Counted from the stretch's first letter, positions 42,361-58,219 are shown. The stretch is DNA of 64,000 nt from Chrysomallon squamiferum (GCA_012295275.1 CM022678.1:15500001-15564000), one strand, 5' to 3'. The notes: generated from the sequence alone by a model not told the origin. Numbers and translations: made by a program.

Positions 42361-43872
42361 AAAAAAATCCATGAAATATTTTCGATTTTCATTTGACTAG
42401 GCTGGATACCTGTTATAATGTTTCCTTAAAAATATATTAATATTACCCAGCGCGGAGTAATTTTAAAATATACACTATTTATAAATTTTCTTTTATCACT
42501 GCACAAAAATTAATATATAAATTATTTAATATTCAGATATATAACAAAAAACTGACTAGAATAATACAATTATTAAAAAAATTATTATTATTTTTTTTTT
42601 TATTGGTCTGTTTGTTTATTTGTTTGTTTGTTTGTTTGTTTGTTTGTTTGTTTGTTTGTTTGTTTTGATTGATTTGTATCACATACTTGCAGTTAGTTTT
42701 GGAAACCAACAATACTAATTACACCAGCTTCTTTGTAAAATAAGCTATTACTTTTTCTAATTAAAGAATGTATTTATCACCTGCCAGTAATTAAAGGTAA
42801 TTAACTGTTAACTGTGATAATCTGCACACTTGTTAACAAATGCACAAAGTACATTATGACACGCTCACAAATATTAAATATCTGTACCATGTTCGAGAAA
42901 AAGAAATAGAAGCTGTTTAGACAGGTGTTTTATAGCCATAGTCTCGGAAAATGACTTCATTTGACTAAGTAAAACGCATCGGTGCCTTTCAAACCATTTC
43001 GCGTGACATCATGTCATTTAATCATTGTCGTTGACGTCATTACAAAGACCTTGTGAACAAGTGTCACAGTTTAGCTGATCGTATTACTGCTAGATGTCTT
43101 ATTTTAATAACAGATTTACAGATCTGTTCTTTAACTGACAGTCCAAGACAATAAACTGTCGAGTATACTTTAAAAGAAAAAAGTATTTTTTTTAAAAGAA
43201 AAAAGAAAAGTAAAATAATAATAAATAAATAAATGTATCGTAACATAGCACGTTCTGAACGCAAGTTCGTCTTTATTAAAATTTCTATTGTAACGTCACG
43301 ACATCGAAATTAGATTCTTTACATTCGTAGTGAGCAAAAATAAATAAGTAAAAAACAAATGCACTCACAGACAGATAAATAAATACATAAAGTAGTAAAT
43401 AAATAACGTCCTTTGGGCGTAAGATCGTAGTCTGGCAAGTTCCTACGCCAAAGTATTGTTGATATCGAAACTGTTTTCTTTAACGGTATAGAGTGCAAAT
43501 AATTATATTTTTTATTAAATAAATAGTAAATAAACGAAGAACCAAAGAAAGACAAATAAATTAAAAAAAAAAAAAAAAAGGAAAAAAAAAAGGTTCTCTT
43601 TCAAAGTATTGATATCACGTCACTGCAACTAATTTTATTTATAGTTTTGTGCTGTAATAATAAAACAAATAAACAAACAAACAAAACGAACACACAAATA
43701 AATAAAATGGATGTTAAGTCCTCGTTAGGAAAATATTACGTAAAAGTACTGTTGACGTCATAGCATCGAATATATTTTCTTTACTTTAAATAAATAAATA
43801 AATGTATAATTGTAAAATATTCTAAGATAATTTACATAAATAAACTGTCAATACTCTTGGAAAATTTACTCT

Positions 43873-43960
<88 letters not shown>

Positions 43961-44064
43961 TATATATATATATATATATATCTGATCAGAGGGAGAAAAG
44001 ACAGATTAGTGTAATCCTATATTTAATCCCTATATATAGGATCACTTTATGGTTTAAATGTGTG

Positions 44065-44114
<50 letters not shown>

Positions 44115-44860
44115 TGTGTATATATATATATGTGTGTGTGTATGTATGTATTGAAATATGTATATATGGATGCATAAATTCATGTATATATGTATATGTG
44201 TATGTATGTGTATGTAATCAAAAATGTCTATGAAGTTCATTTCAATGTCATTGTCGTTGTAATTGTGGTGTCGTTTTTTTTCTTTTTCTTTTTTTTTTTT
44301 TTTCTTTTTACACTCATATTCGGAATACTCTGTATGTAGGAACCAGAAAGATGTTAAAAACACTTTATTAAATAGTTAAGATGCTTTCCTTATCCAAGAA
44401 TTGTACACAAGCTTAAAATAACGTCATACCAGACCTAAGACTCAGAATAGCCTTCTTCCATTACGCGAGATAAAAATCTGTAAAAGTCTAAAGTAAAATA
44501 TAATTAAGATTATTCCACACGCATGGACCTAATTTAAAATCAATTGCTACCATACAGTTGATATATATTTAAAGAGGTGAATGTAGGAAAATAATTTGTG
44601 TCTGGTATTTTTGTTTCTGTGTATTGATCGTGTGCTATGTTAAAAACGTTAGTAGACAGGTAAGTAATGGGTTTCGTTATTAAACACAGCCAGAGGTTGC
44701 TGTGAAGAAACGTACGCATGCTTCTTTGTGTGCTTTTCAAAAGAAACTACGCCACAGAATTATTAAACCAAGTTAACACGGATCTTTTTTATTGCGTTGT
44801 TATTCAGGGGAGAAACACATATATCGTTCTTGCTCTCTTGTCATTTTTTCTTCTTTCTTC

Positions 44861-44922
<62 letters not shown>

Positions 44923-45041
44923 CATCATCATCATCATTATCATTATCAGCATCATCATCATCATTATTATTATTATTATTATTATTATATTATTATTGTC
45001 ATTATGATTATTATTATTATTATTACTTATTTACTTCCTTA

Positions 45042-45072
<31 letters not shown>

Positions 45073-47230
45073 TTTTGTTACTGTTGTTTTAATTTTCCTA
45101 GCTATCTGAACCGTGCTGGAGATTGTAACTAGAATTAACATTTTAAATTGATTTTTTGTTTCATTACGCGATACACTAGTTAGGTTACGATAGTAGATAG
45201 AGATGTCTTGCTAGAAATAGCATACCAAGCAGCTAATATTTACTATTCATGCACTTCTGACTCCACTCTGGTTATGTGGGGAGAGACTTTACTCTGATTT
45301 ACAGCTTTTGATCTTCGTTAACTGTAAAGCAGATAGACAGAACTTTTCATTGTGGGTTTTTTTAAGGTAATTCCCTTTCAGTCAAATGCTCCGAAAATGA
45401 TTTATCAAAGATTATGTGCTAAACTTTCCTACCTACGGGAATCTACACTATATTCAAGACATTTTGGTTTTAAAATACGTGAGCGTGGCATTCACACGTC
45501 TATATGAAACCAAATTCCATGCAGTTTTACAGATTTGATTTCATAGCACTTTTAATGCAATAAATTTGAAACCACAGAATAGATAGATAGATCGCCTCAT
45601 TGCCCTTCTCTGAATGTGCCAAGGTAAAAGAAAAACTTCTTACCAATATTAATGTCTATAAGTATGTAGTCGATTGCTGAATTATACTTTAACTACAATA
45701 TGCCAGCTTCAAGACTTCTTGGCAATGTGAAAGTTGATAGTCATGTTGTCGTTTCTGCTGATGCTATAACTGCAGTGTATGGCCAAATTATTCTAATATA
45801 AGCAATTGTAAAAATACGTTCAGCACCTAAACTTGATTTGAAATATCATTAAATCACAAACACGTTGATAAATAGGTATTCGACAGTTCACTGTATATAT
45901 AAGCTAAAAAAAAAAAAATGTATGTATTTGAATCATGATGTAACTTTATGAGACATTATCTCTGCTATACTGAGATGTTTTTGATTGATATCTGTAAATG
46001 CGATCATGCACAACCAGTGTAGAGTTAAATACTTAACGAAACGTAAACAGATATTCCTATTGTGATTTGTTCCTGGTGAAAATTTTACCTTGCTAATAAG
46101 TACCTAGCGTTCGTGTTAAAAAGAACTTTAAACGGTCTTTTATGAATGTCTGTTTGTTTATTCATTTATTTATTTATTTAATCATTTATTCATTTGTTTG
46201 TTTGTTTGAATATTTATTTATTTATTTATTTACTTATTTATTTATTTACTCTCTCCCATTGCCTAGTATTTAACATATTTTTTTTTAAATAAACGTTCAC
46301 CAGATGACTCATGGTTTTCTAATGATTTATATATTTAAGAAAATTGTACACTAGCTTGCTTGGACACATTAGTTTTCAGCTCTCCAGGATTTAACTGATA
46401 TCAGCTGACAACACAAAGCCTATCTCACGAATGTAATATAATATAGTTTCCTAATTTATTATAATATTTACTAACATGACTGAAATAACACAACGTGATG
46501 TTTTAAACTGACTGATAGTGCTGTGTGTTGATGTATTTTTTTACCGTCATTTTGTTTAATGTTATGTGTCACGTGATTAATGATGTGTTACAGTACACTG
46601 CTGTCTTCTTGTGCAATGTCATGTCGCATTGTGTCAGGTCACGTCGTTTTAATTGTGTCGTACCTTTTTATGTATCATATTGTGTTATGGCTTATCATGT
46701 GTTTGTAGTATCATATTATATCGTTTTGTGTAGTATACCACGTTTCGTGTTATACGTCACCTTATATAGTACTAAGTTTTATCCTCTGTTTTGCCTCATT
46801 TTGTTTTGTGGAGGATATCATGCTATACCATCTTCTGTTGTATCATTCAGTATCATCTTGCATGATATTATGTTATGTCGTTTTGTGCAGTATAGTACCC
46901 TGTTATATTTTCTTGTGTAGTATCATTCTTTTACAGCACCACGTTATGTGGTCTTGTGCAGTATCCTGTTATAGTTTCTGTTATATCATCTTATGTCGTT
47001 GTGCTGTATCTTTATGTGAGTAATATTCTCATTATGTTGTGTCACATCGATTTGTGTCTTTGTTGTTATTCCATGTCACATCTTGAGATATGTAGCGTAT
47101 TACGTTATTTGTACTGTAGTATCGCTGTTGATATTTTTATTTTGTGTTTCTGTTATATTTTATTTTGTTGTCATTGAAATTATCATCATCATCGTCATCA
47201 CCACCACCACCATCACCACCACCATCATCT

Positions 47231-47309
<79 letters not shown>

Positions 47310-49030
47310 GTGAGATTTGATACTGTATTTCTGTGAGCGGCAATATGATGTAATGTGTTTTTTGTGACGTGCCAAAATGATGATAGGATGTGATTACCAT
47401 AAAGTATCACTTCCACCATATTATTTGTGAAGTTATTTGGTTTCTAACTGAAATCATGTAAACTGAACTCATGAGTTTCACTTTGTTATATAATATGACG
47501 TAACACTGTTTTATGTTTTGTATTACCAGGATACCAAACAAGAGAATGACGTCAGAGAGGAAAATGATAAACAAAAATCAAAACAAAACAAACAAGATGA
47601 TGACAAAGATACAGGTAAACAAAGTTTTAAAATTCGTTTATTTAATAAGCTAGTGATACCAAATTTCGACATTAGTTAATAGTTTATATAATACTTTATA
47701 TAGTTTATATAAATTAAAATTAAAATTCTTAACATCAACGAGGGACTGATGCAAATAAAATGTAATATTGTAATATTTCAAATATTTGTTAATTTTTGTA
47801 TTTATATTAATAATAATAATAATAATAGATTTTTAATTGTTAATTTTATATAACTGTAGTGTATATATAATTTTTTTAATTGTTTTAATTTGTGTTTATG
47901 TACCCTTGTTTACAAGACGTTAACAATTTTGTTTTATATATATATATATATATTCACGCTTTGCCTAGTATGCTTGCTACTTTTGTATTTTGTTTTAGAT
48001 ATTTATAATTGCTTGTTTTCTATACTTTATTTCTGTATTGTCCTCTGTATTTTTAATTATTTATTTAGATGAAAATGTCGATGCATTTATACTCTGTTAT
48101 TTGAAATTTTCAAAACTGCACTGTATGTATTAATAACTGAAAAGTAAAATTCTTTGTACGTAAAGTATATTGTTGAGACATTTTTCATTTCTGTAACCAT
48201 TTCATATATATATTTATATATATAGCTTTTTATATATAATTATTCCACTACAAGATATCTATTATAGCTAATTCACTCTAGCTAATATAGGTAAAAATAT
48301 ATGTTTTCTTTATGCATGTGATACGTGTTATTACCTGAAGTCTAGGTACATAAGAAATAGATTTAGAAGCAGAAATCGTGATCTAGAGACCGTATAAAAC
48401 CATATCACCTCACAGCCAATCCCAATTACCTCGCCAGGCTCTGACACAAAGCATCAATAATGAAAGCCAGGAAACAACAGGGTGTTTGTTACAGATACGT
48501 GTGCTTCAAAACAAATGTAAGTCACAGACGACTTTGAAAATGTAATGAGAAATCAGGAACGCTCTGAACCAAACGTGTTCGTTTGTTTCACTGTTTGCTA
48601 ATTTGTCTACTAATGAAAAATCGATTTTATTTTGTGTTTGTTTTGCTAATTACCTCTCACGTTTCGTCACCACCGTTTGCGAGCAGAAATCCTTTTAATC
48701 ATTAATGTCACTTCAAGAGTTGTCTGCCGTGGCTGGAACTCTCTAGCGAGGTCAGAGGTTGTATCTATGACAGGCGTGTTTGAAAAGATCTGTTACAGAA
48801 GTATGCGGAAAATAACTCAACACCAACTTAAGAGTCGTGTGTGTACGTTAATCTTTTCATCACTCCTCTGTAGACTTGAGTTTGTAATTAAGTTCAGACA
48901 CCTGTGGCAGAACCAACGACTGATTCCTGTTTAATTAGTTAGAAATCCTGTCAAATTAACAACATTCGCAATCTGTCCATAGCGTTTATTATTATATAAA
49001 CAACTTCTTAATCAGAAACACATAACTTAT

Positions 49031-49066
<36 letters not shown>

Positions 49067-49170
49067 ACACACACACACATTTAAAGTTACACATGTATAA
49101 ACGGATCTCAAAATAGAATATATTATCTCTGTTTCTGTATATATATATATGTACATGTATATATATATAT

Positions 49171-49217
<47 letters not shown>

Positions 49218-49670
49218 TATATATATATATATACACACACACATATAATAAAAATACACACACACAACTGATACATACATAAAACATACACATAAGCAGA
49301 CACATTCGTACAGACAAAATAGAAGGTGAAATATCGAATATATATATCTTACATTCTAATACGTCACTCTCGCAAGCCTGAAAAGCTAATAGTTTCTAAG
49401 TGTCTGCGCGGCACGACTGCGTTTTCAAAGCTTTATATCTGAGTCATGACAGGGATTAACAAGCAGTGTTTGTGTAGGGTCATATTCAAAACCTTTTATT
49501 TATTTTTCATAATGTTCTTTGTATGGACATGACATTACATATTTTATTTTCTACTTACATTTAATAGCACCGTGTACAGATCTAGTCTTTATTTACATTA
49601 GTTAATGTTGAACGTGTCGTGTCAGATACAGACAAAGAACATTCATACGTGTACACTCTAACGTGCACAC

Positions 49671-49720
<50 letters not shown>

Positions 49721-52700
49721 TTATATACCCTAACCCACACGAACAGTTTAAAGAATTTGACAAGCTGTTCGTATCTGTTAAATGGAAATGTGTATTTATT
49801 ACTTCAAACTTACTACAAGAGACAAATGTCAGTGCCATTAGCTAATTAAGACCACTGACAAAGCAGCTGAGTCCATAGCGTGCACAGAATATACCTACAC
49901 ACGAGAATTCCATTTAGGATCATGGCCATGTTTTTGTCTTTAGAATCGATAAGAGAGAAAAGCATTCTTTTCTTAATTAAGCTCCATTTAACCGTTTGTT
50001 AAGACCCACATATCAAATAGTAGTTAGCTGGATTGTATAGCTGGGATCAAAGTGGTACATACAAATTAATAAATCAAAACCGCACGGAAAATTATCTGCA
50101 GAAATCAACTGTTATTACAAAATCAGGCATATATCGTTGCTAGGGAACAGTTAGATTGTGATTTGATGTTTTTGTTTTAATATTTATATTTTTATTTACT
50201 CTTTAACTTTCTTCTGGCTTTAGCTTTTAGTATTTTTTTTTTTTAAAGTTTATTGTTGTCGTTGTGGTTATCGTTGTTGTTGATGATGTCGTTATTTAGA
50301 AGCATGTTCGATAACATCCCTTTTGTTGTTGTTTTTGTTGTGAAAGCACATTAGATCATTTGTTGTTGTGTTCTTATAGCAAACACACTGAACCGTTTGG
50401 TTTGTTTTTTGTTTTTTGTGGTGTAGTTCTCACATCTGTTGTGTTATTCCACGTAGTTTGGTGTAAACAGTGACAGCACCTCTACCTTAACTTCTAAAGC
50501 ACCAGAGTGAATTTGTGTTTGTTTGGATTTTGCTTACTAGAAAAACCAGGCGAGTCGTCTGAATTAACGACACAATCAGGTCTCGATTACCACGACACTG
50601 GACAAGGTCAAAACACGGGAGTAATCTCCACTGGTCACATGACTGAGGAGGGGGTTGATGGGATATTTGATAACAAAGTAAGTAGTAGACAGTCGATGTT
50701 GTCACGTGATCGGTTTCAAAATGAGGCTGAAAACAGAGCAGTGTCGCGGTTAAATCAGACGCAGAAAGAAAATGGCTACGTTCACGCAACGCGTAACTCA
50801 GAGGAGCAGGTTGACCCCGCTGACGCAGAAAGTACGACCTCGCTCGACGCGTTGCAAGAAAATGACGTAACCAGATCTGATAACAAGAGAGAAAACAACG
50901 ACTCGAGTCCTAGTCATAAAGATAGGCAAAACGACAAAGATAAGCCAGACGAAACAGACGTATCAGAGGATAAGCCAGTTGAACCACAGGCACTGGAAGA
51001 CGTACCATGTGAAACACTTGAATCAGAAAACGTACCATCTGAAACACATGAAACAAAGGACGTACCATCTGAAACACTTGTATCAAACGTACCATCTGAA
51101 ACACTTGTATCAGAAAATGTATCAAAAGAAGATGTATCTGGATCAAAGGTAAATAATGAAACGAACTTTTTTTCTGACTCAGAGAACAAGGAGGATGACG
51201 TAAATGTCACACAGACTGATCAGAACGTACAGGACGAATATGCTGACGACGAAGACGACGATGATTCATCTTTCATAAGTGTTTCATTGATATTAGACGG
51301 CGACGACAGTGAATCTAACTCGGACGACACCTACACCACTGAAAGAGAGAAAGACTTCAAAGAAAAAGACCAAAATAAAGAAGATGTCACTGAAAATAGA
51401 AATGAAAATAATGACGAAATTATCAACCCTGAGGATGGAACTGTTACGATTAAACAAGCCCCACCGAACGATGAATGTCCACAAACAGGTGGAACGGGAA
51501 ATAATGAACAATCTGATCACGAAAAATCGGAGGATTTTCCACAGAAAAGCGAAGGAGAAAGAGTAACTGATGACCATTCCAAATCACCAGAAAATAACGA
51601 GTCATTTTCAGAGGACACCAATGACGTGATATCTTCAGATTATACTAATTACAGGAACGGGTCTTTCAATTCTGAACTAGTCCAAACTCTTGAGAAGATA
51701 GACGAATCAAGCGAGCATGAAGGAACTTTGGACAGCTTACCGCACACACCAGATATAAAAGAATTACCTGACAACCAAACTAACACGGGAATTACAGAGA
51801 TCGGTCAGTCAGAAGAAGTCTTCAGAAAGCATGGTGGTGAATCGCCAGAAAAGGTTAAACTGTTGAACGACAAGGAGGAAAGGACAGACGGACAAGAGAA
51901 ATTGCAGAATGAAGCTGACGAAGATAATAAAAAACAGAGCCAGACTTTTGATTTTAAAGAAGATAAGTCGGACCCAATAAGTGAACCACAGCAAGATGGT
52001 CAGACGTCCTCAAAGGATCATTCATCTTTCAGTGATAACAAAATCTCACAGACGAATGAAAACCAGTCATCTGAAACTGATCAGAAACTAGATTCGTCTA
52101 ATACAACGTCTAGTGATCATAAAGATGACAACACTAAAGGTGTTCATGATAACGAGGATAATGACAAACATGTTAATGATATAGATGATATTGATAAGGA
52201 TGATAAGGATAAAAATGTTAATGATACGGATGATAATGATAAAAAAGTTAATGATATGGATTATACTGATAAGGATGATAAGGATAAAAATGATACTTAT
52301 AAGGATGATAAGGATAAAAATGTTAACGATATGGATGATACTGATAAGGATGAAAAGGATAAAAATGTTAATGATAGAGTTGATAATGACAATAACGATA
52401 ATGATAAAGACCGTAAACCGAATGACGCGATAGAAGTGAATATGTCGAAAGAAACGCAAGATCAGAAAACTGATTTACCCGACACGGTAACTACCGATGA
52501 TAAAGATGTTAACGACAGAAATACCACTCAGGTTTACACACCCTTACAAGAGCCGCCATTAGCTACTAACCAAACCCACACTAACCACTACACCTACAAA
52601 TCCTACGACGCACCTACTAAACATGACTCTGACACAGAGGTAACATCAGCACCAACGTCACCACATCATACTAACAAAGCACACACCACTCGTTCTGAAA

Positions 52701-55700
52701 TACATACAGCCTCGGCTGGTTCACCCGAAACAGAAAAAGCTGAAACGAATCCTAGTCATGTTCCTAGTTCGCCATCCCAGAGTAAGTATTCAGAAAAGGC
52801 GGTGATGCCTGAAGCAGAAAACCCAGATGTAAATAATCAGACTGAATCTGAACCTGTTGTCCACATTTCATCTGACACTTTTCACCCTAATGCTGATCCA
52901 GCGACTGAGATAACCAAACAAACTGAAGATGAAGTGAAGCCACTTTCACAATCTGCAGACAACAGTAATCATGAAAATACTGATACTGTATCCGTGTCAA
53001 ACAATAACTCGTCGGCTAACGAAATCAAAGTAGAGCCTATGTCTGATATACATTCCACTTCTATAACCAAACAAACAGAGCCGACCTGTTCCCGTCCCCA
53101 GTCACACACAGCTAGTTCTCGAGACCAAGAGAACGGAGAATATGAAAATAGTGAATTTGTACTACCAAGACCAGTGCCGCCGATGGCAACGTCTTACACA
53201 CAGACCGTACTCAGCAGACCTAACAGTGACAGAAGCAGTGAGGTGAACGGTTCACACGTTTCTGTAAGGGTGACAGTCGCCCAGAATAAACATCCAAGTC
53301 AAGATGACAACAGATCAGAACACGAGGAAGATGTTGGTTTAATACCAAGACCTCTGCCGCCTATGGCCACTCACTTTGTGAAAAACTACCACACAGAAAT
53401 CCCTTTGTCACCTAATCTTGACACTTACAACAGAGAAGGTAAGGTAAGTTCGGAAAACTCACAACACGGAGGAAAAGAGACAGATTCGGCAATTTCTGAA
53501 AATAGGAGCAGTTCGGAAAATTGTAAACTAAATGTAATTTCAGATACAGACAACGTACAGGAATCAACTGAGGTGTCTAGAGATGTAGCTGAAAGAGACA
53601 ACGACACCGACAGCAACATCACTGGCCCGGCGGCTACCAGTAGCCGAATTGACATCAGGCAGGACGCAGGAGTCAAACAAGGCAAGAAGAAAGCCGAGTC
53701 AGGTCGCAAGTCGACTACTTCTTCCTCTGGATCTAGAGCCAGGACAATCAACAAGCCGACGTCTGGAACTCAGCCGACTCGGCGACGCACTCCGAGTAAC
53801 GAGGGAGACAGGAAGTCAATAAGATCAAGTATCAGTGCCAAAAAGACCTCAGGAAGAGCCGTCAGCAACACCAGCTACGCGTCGCAGAAGAAAGGAAGCA
53901 GAGCCGTCAGCAGCACCAGCTACACGTCGCAGAAAGCAGCGAGCAGAGCTGCGAGCAACACCAGCTACACGTCGCAAAAGAAAAGAAACATTTCTGCCGA
54001 AAGAGCCGGACGAACACCGTCAGTAAAATCCAATTTATCAAAAACTTCGCGTCAGAAGAGTCCGTCCAAGAAGGACGACAAATCCATCTCAGTGAAATCT
54101 CTAGGCTCAAAGACGTCCGAGAAACTAGTAAATGGCGTCTCTGGGAAGGAAGCCGAAACAGAAATACCAACCGACAACGAAGAAGATGCGAAGGCTGAGC
54201 CAGAAAAGAAAGCTGCGGAAGAACCTCCTCAGCAAGTACTTTCAGACACAAGTGCTGGACCTGAGACTAGTCATGACGAGTCGTTTGCTAGTTCCAATTA
54301 CTCGAAATACTCAGACGAGAGAGATACTACCGACAAAGAAGAACCGGAACACTTGATAGAGGTCGCTCCGGCGTTCAAACCCCCAGTGACCGAGAGCGAA
54401 GAAGAAACAGATACTTACGGAGAGGAGGAGACAGTTTCTGCAGACGAAGCTCCTAAACCTGTGGAGAAGGTCAAAGAGGAAACTGAAGAAGAAACGGAAG
54501 ACGAGGAACAGAAGAAAAGGGATTTGGAACTGGAACACATCGAGGAAAAGGACCAGCCAACTAAAGAACCGGTTACAGTGAAAATTCAAAAACACGTCAC
54601 GACAATTGTCGAACCTCAACGAAGCAGCAGAATGAGCGGCCGAACTAGCAAAGGGTCAGAGTTGAGCGGCTCGTTCAGATATCGTCAGGGTCTGTACAAC
54701 GCTTCACGAACCTCCACGAGGACGTCGAGCCGACCAAGAACTACGACGACAACGACATCATTAGGAAAAGGTGATTATGAGTGTTTGTGTTCGTTTGTAA
54801 GGTGGTGTTGTTTTCTAAATGTATTTTGGTCCCTGTTGTAATTGATCAGGTTGTAGTAGTAACAGTGGCTACAAAAAGTGCTTTCAGTAGACGTTTAAAA
54901 TATGGTAGATTAATATCGACTGCATGTTATCAAATTCCCAAGATTTAATTAAATATTACCCGTTGTTTTGGAGCTTGTCTTTTCTTTATTTTTTTTATTT
55001 TTTTTATATTATTATTATTTTTTATTTTCTAGAGCAATAAAAATGTGTCTTTAGTTTATTAATAATAATTATTGTAATCTGTGTGCTTATTTGTGTGTGT
55101 GTGTGTGTATGTGTTTTACATAGCGAAACAGTGAAACCTGACATTTAAATATTAACAATAAATATTGTAATTTTCTGCTGATTACATTTTTTAACTTTAT
55201 TATCTAACACATCCAGAAAATCAAATTAATAAATGTCTGTTGAAATAACAACGGAAATTTATCTCACGCCGCCTACAAACATTTTATTTCTCTTTTCTTT
55301 ATACCTGTGTTAATTTTTAACTAAGCAAATTTAATATTTGTGCTTAAAAAATATAATAATAAAAAATAAAAAAATACAGAAAATATATCAAACATAGGTC
55401 CATATCATTATTATTATTTTTATTATTTTAATTTTTTCTTTTATTTTTCTGTAACCAATCACTATTGAGAATAAAATTAGCTCAGGAGGGTTCTTTTTTT
55501 TTTTTTTAAATTTAATTTTCAGTTATATACCACAGATAAAATAATTTTATTGATCTTAGCTATCTGTATATGTTTCGATGGATTTTGTTAAGAAAATATT
55601 TCCAGACAAATATGTGACTGCAGACAAAAATTGTTTCAAGAGAAAAATCTATATCCTGACTTCTCCACTGTAAGCGCTTTGTTATAAAAACTACCAAAGG

Positions 55701-57906
55701 TAAAAAGATTTTAGATAAATATCATTATTTCCTTAATTATCTCAAACCTCGTCTTCTTCAGACGAGTTTAAATAAATCAGTAACGTTCTTTTCAGCAGTA
55801 TTATTAATCTCCTTTAATAAACTCAGTAGAAACCAGTAAGTAAAGAATACATTTGACACTGCCAAACACTCGCGGCCAAAATCCATCCTAATACCTTACA
55901 GTATTCAGCAAATAGCATTAGAAAAATGTCAAAACCTTCTTTGTGTAATAAAAGCACAGTTAAGTAATTAGTTTGCTAAAGTCGTCGTCTGTGTGGCGAG
56001 ATAGACGATTGGGTAATTTAGTTTTTTTTTATTTCGAATTAACAGACATGAATATCAACTGAAGTCACGATAACGTGACGTTTTAAACAGAATGAAATTA
56101 GTGAATAAAAATTCCTTGATGTGAGATTAACCAGATGGCCTCATTTATTTATTTATTTATTTTTTTTTACGTAATTATTGATTAATTAATTAATTATTTT
56201 GTTTATTATGTAAAAATAAGGTTAATGTAAGTTAAGCACTGATTCTCTGTCGGCCTATTGCAATCGCTTTAAGTAACAACCGAAACTATAAAATTAAGAT
56301 TTATGTAACGTAACTATGGTGATCGTCAGACAGAAGATTAGATATTGACATAGAGACACAATATAGATCAAACGAAATGTTTACAGGATTTGTGTATCGC
56401 TATAAATAAGAATAAAATATCATTCAGCGTTACGTAAATGTAACGAAATGAAAAATATGAAAATAATTATTTATCAATAATATCCTCCGCTACCGTTTAT
56501 TAAATCGATACAACCTTATGGATTGGTTAAGCCTTTAACATGTTTATTGCATTCTCCGAGTTTTCACGAAGTGCCTCTGCTGCAGCGTCAGATTACCATT
56601 ACAAACCTTAACCCCAGGATGAGGCTGGAGGAGAGAAAGAGGCGTTCATTAAACTTCCCACGACTCCAGACCTGGAGCGGCTAATTCTCGTTTATTCTCG
56701 TGAATCCAAGTTATTCTCGTTTTTAATATCTTACAGCATGGTTGTCAGCCATTTTATTTATTGTCTTTAATTTTCAAATTTTCTTTTCGTTTTCTTTTCA
56801 TTTCATGTTCTTTCTTACTTTTTTCTTCACTTTTTCTTTTCTTTCTTTCTTTATTTATAATTTTCTTCGAGGTACAATTACTGGCATTAATCCGTATGTT
56901 CTTGGCATATTTATGTAACTAATCGTGTTCAAGGTTAAGTGAAAGCTTATTAAAGAACACCAGTAAATCTGTATATTTTATTATTCATGCAGAAATACCT
57001 GACAAAGGTCATTGACTTCTTCTTCTTTTTCTTTTTTTTCTTTGCTGTCTCTGTTTTTAGTGTTTATTATTTTCTTACCTTGATTTCTTTTTTAAATTTT
57101 ATTTGGCAGGTGTTCATTACATCTTATGTTAAATCGTTAATTAGTAAAATAACTGTTTTTGACATTAAATTGATCTCACATTATATATAAAGTGGCGAAA
57201 AAAAAAGAAGAAAAAAGTTCGTACAAGTCGCATGGTTCGATCGAGCCTTTACAAAACTGTAGTAACGTGTAAGGGAACATGATAATGTTATCAATCAAAT
57301 AAACTGACAGTATAGGTTACGTGCCTGATTTTCTGATTCGTATACCGTTGTTGTATACTAAACACTTCGTATGTTTTGTTGTTACAATCTTATAAAGATA
57401 CTGAACACTGTGAAATGAATGTTTACATTTATAACTGATCTACATACCAATAGATAGTTTTCTTTATCTTCCAAACTATATTTCATAAAATATTTTCGAC
57501 AGAAAGAAATCTAACAATGAATCCATTGACCCGTCACACTAAAGGGATATTCTCACAAAGCGATATTTTGCACCGAGTAATCGCATAGTCGTTACGACTT
57601 GTCGCATAGTGTGAACGTCTCTTTAGAAATCTGATTCTTGTTTCTTCTGTGCTGATTTTCTGTTTTTCAACATAATTTGCACGAAAGCACTTCGTTATTC
57701 TTAAGCAGCTCTTATGTGTGTGTGTAAATGCACTTTCATGAATAATTTTATGTTTTGGTGACGGTTGTTTTCCATTAAATTATTTTGCGAAATTTTTATA
57801 GTGGGTATTTGCTTTTTGATTCTTACATTCCTCTGTCGTATTTATTGTTTCTTTTTTTCTTGTTAACTTTTGGTGGGCTCTTGTTTTTAAACTGGTTTTA
57901 TTAATT

Positions 57907-57937
<31 letters not shown>

Positions 57938-58155
57938 TTTTATGCATATATAAATATATATTTGTCCACTTTTCGACATATTTAGCGTCAGATTTTATTT
58001 TTTTTAAATTTTATTCCTTTTTTTTTAAAGCATTTAACTGATATTTAAATTTATCTAAGTTATTTTCTTTCTTATCTCGAAAATAATCTTCTTTTCTATT
58101 TTCCTTTTTTTTTCTTTAAACGAATATGATGGTATTTTATTTATTTATTTATTTA

Positions 58156-58186
<31 letters not shown>

Positions 58187-58188
58187 CC

Positions 58189-58219
<31 letters not shown>

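Noticed and set aside
46520-47170. Cys/Val/Tyr-rich ORFs
   Set aside because: Degenerate TGTTA/TGTGT-type short-period repeat with no splice-compatible coding signal.
50507-50540. Treating the 1444-aa ORF as a single-exon gene
   Set aside because: It has a GTG start in a pyrimidine tract and a hydrophobic tail after 54770. Both ends are intronic, and phase-compatible exons exist on both sides.
57190-57250. B-box-like GGTTCGATC suggesting a tRNA or SINE
   Set aside because: No A box at proper spacing and no cloverleaf.
57540-57626. Possible Harbinger-like MITE
   Set aside because: The terminal inverted repeat is short with several mismatches and cannot be supported without other copies.
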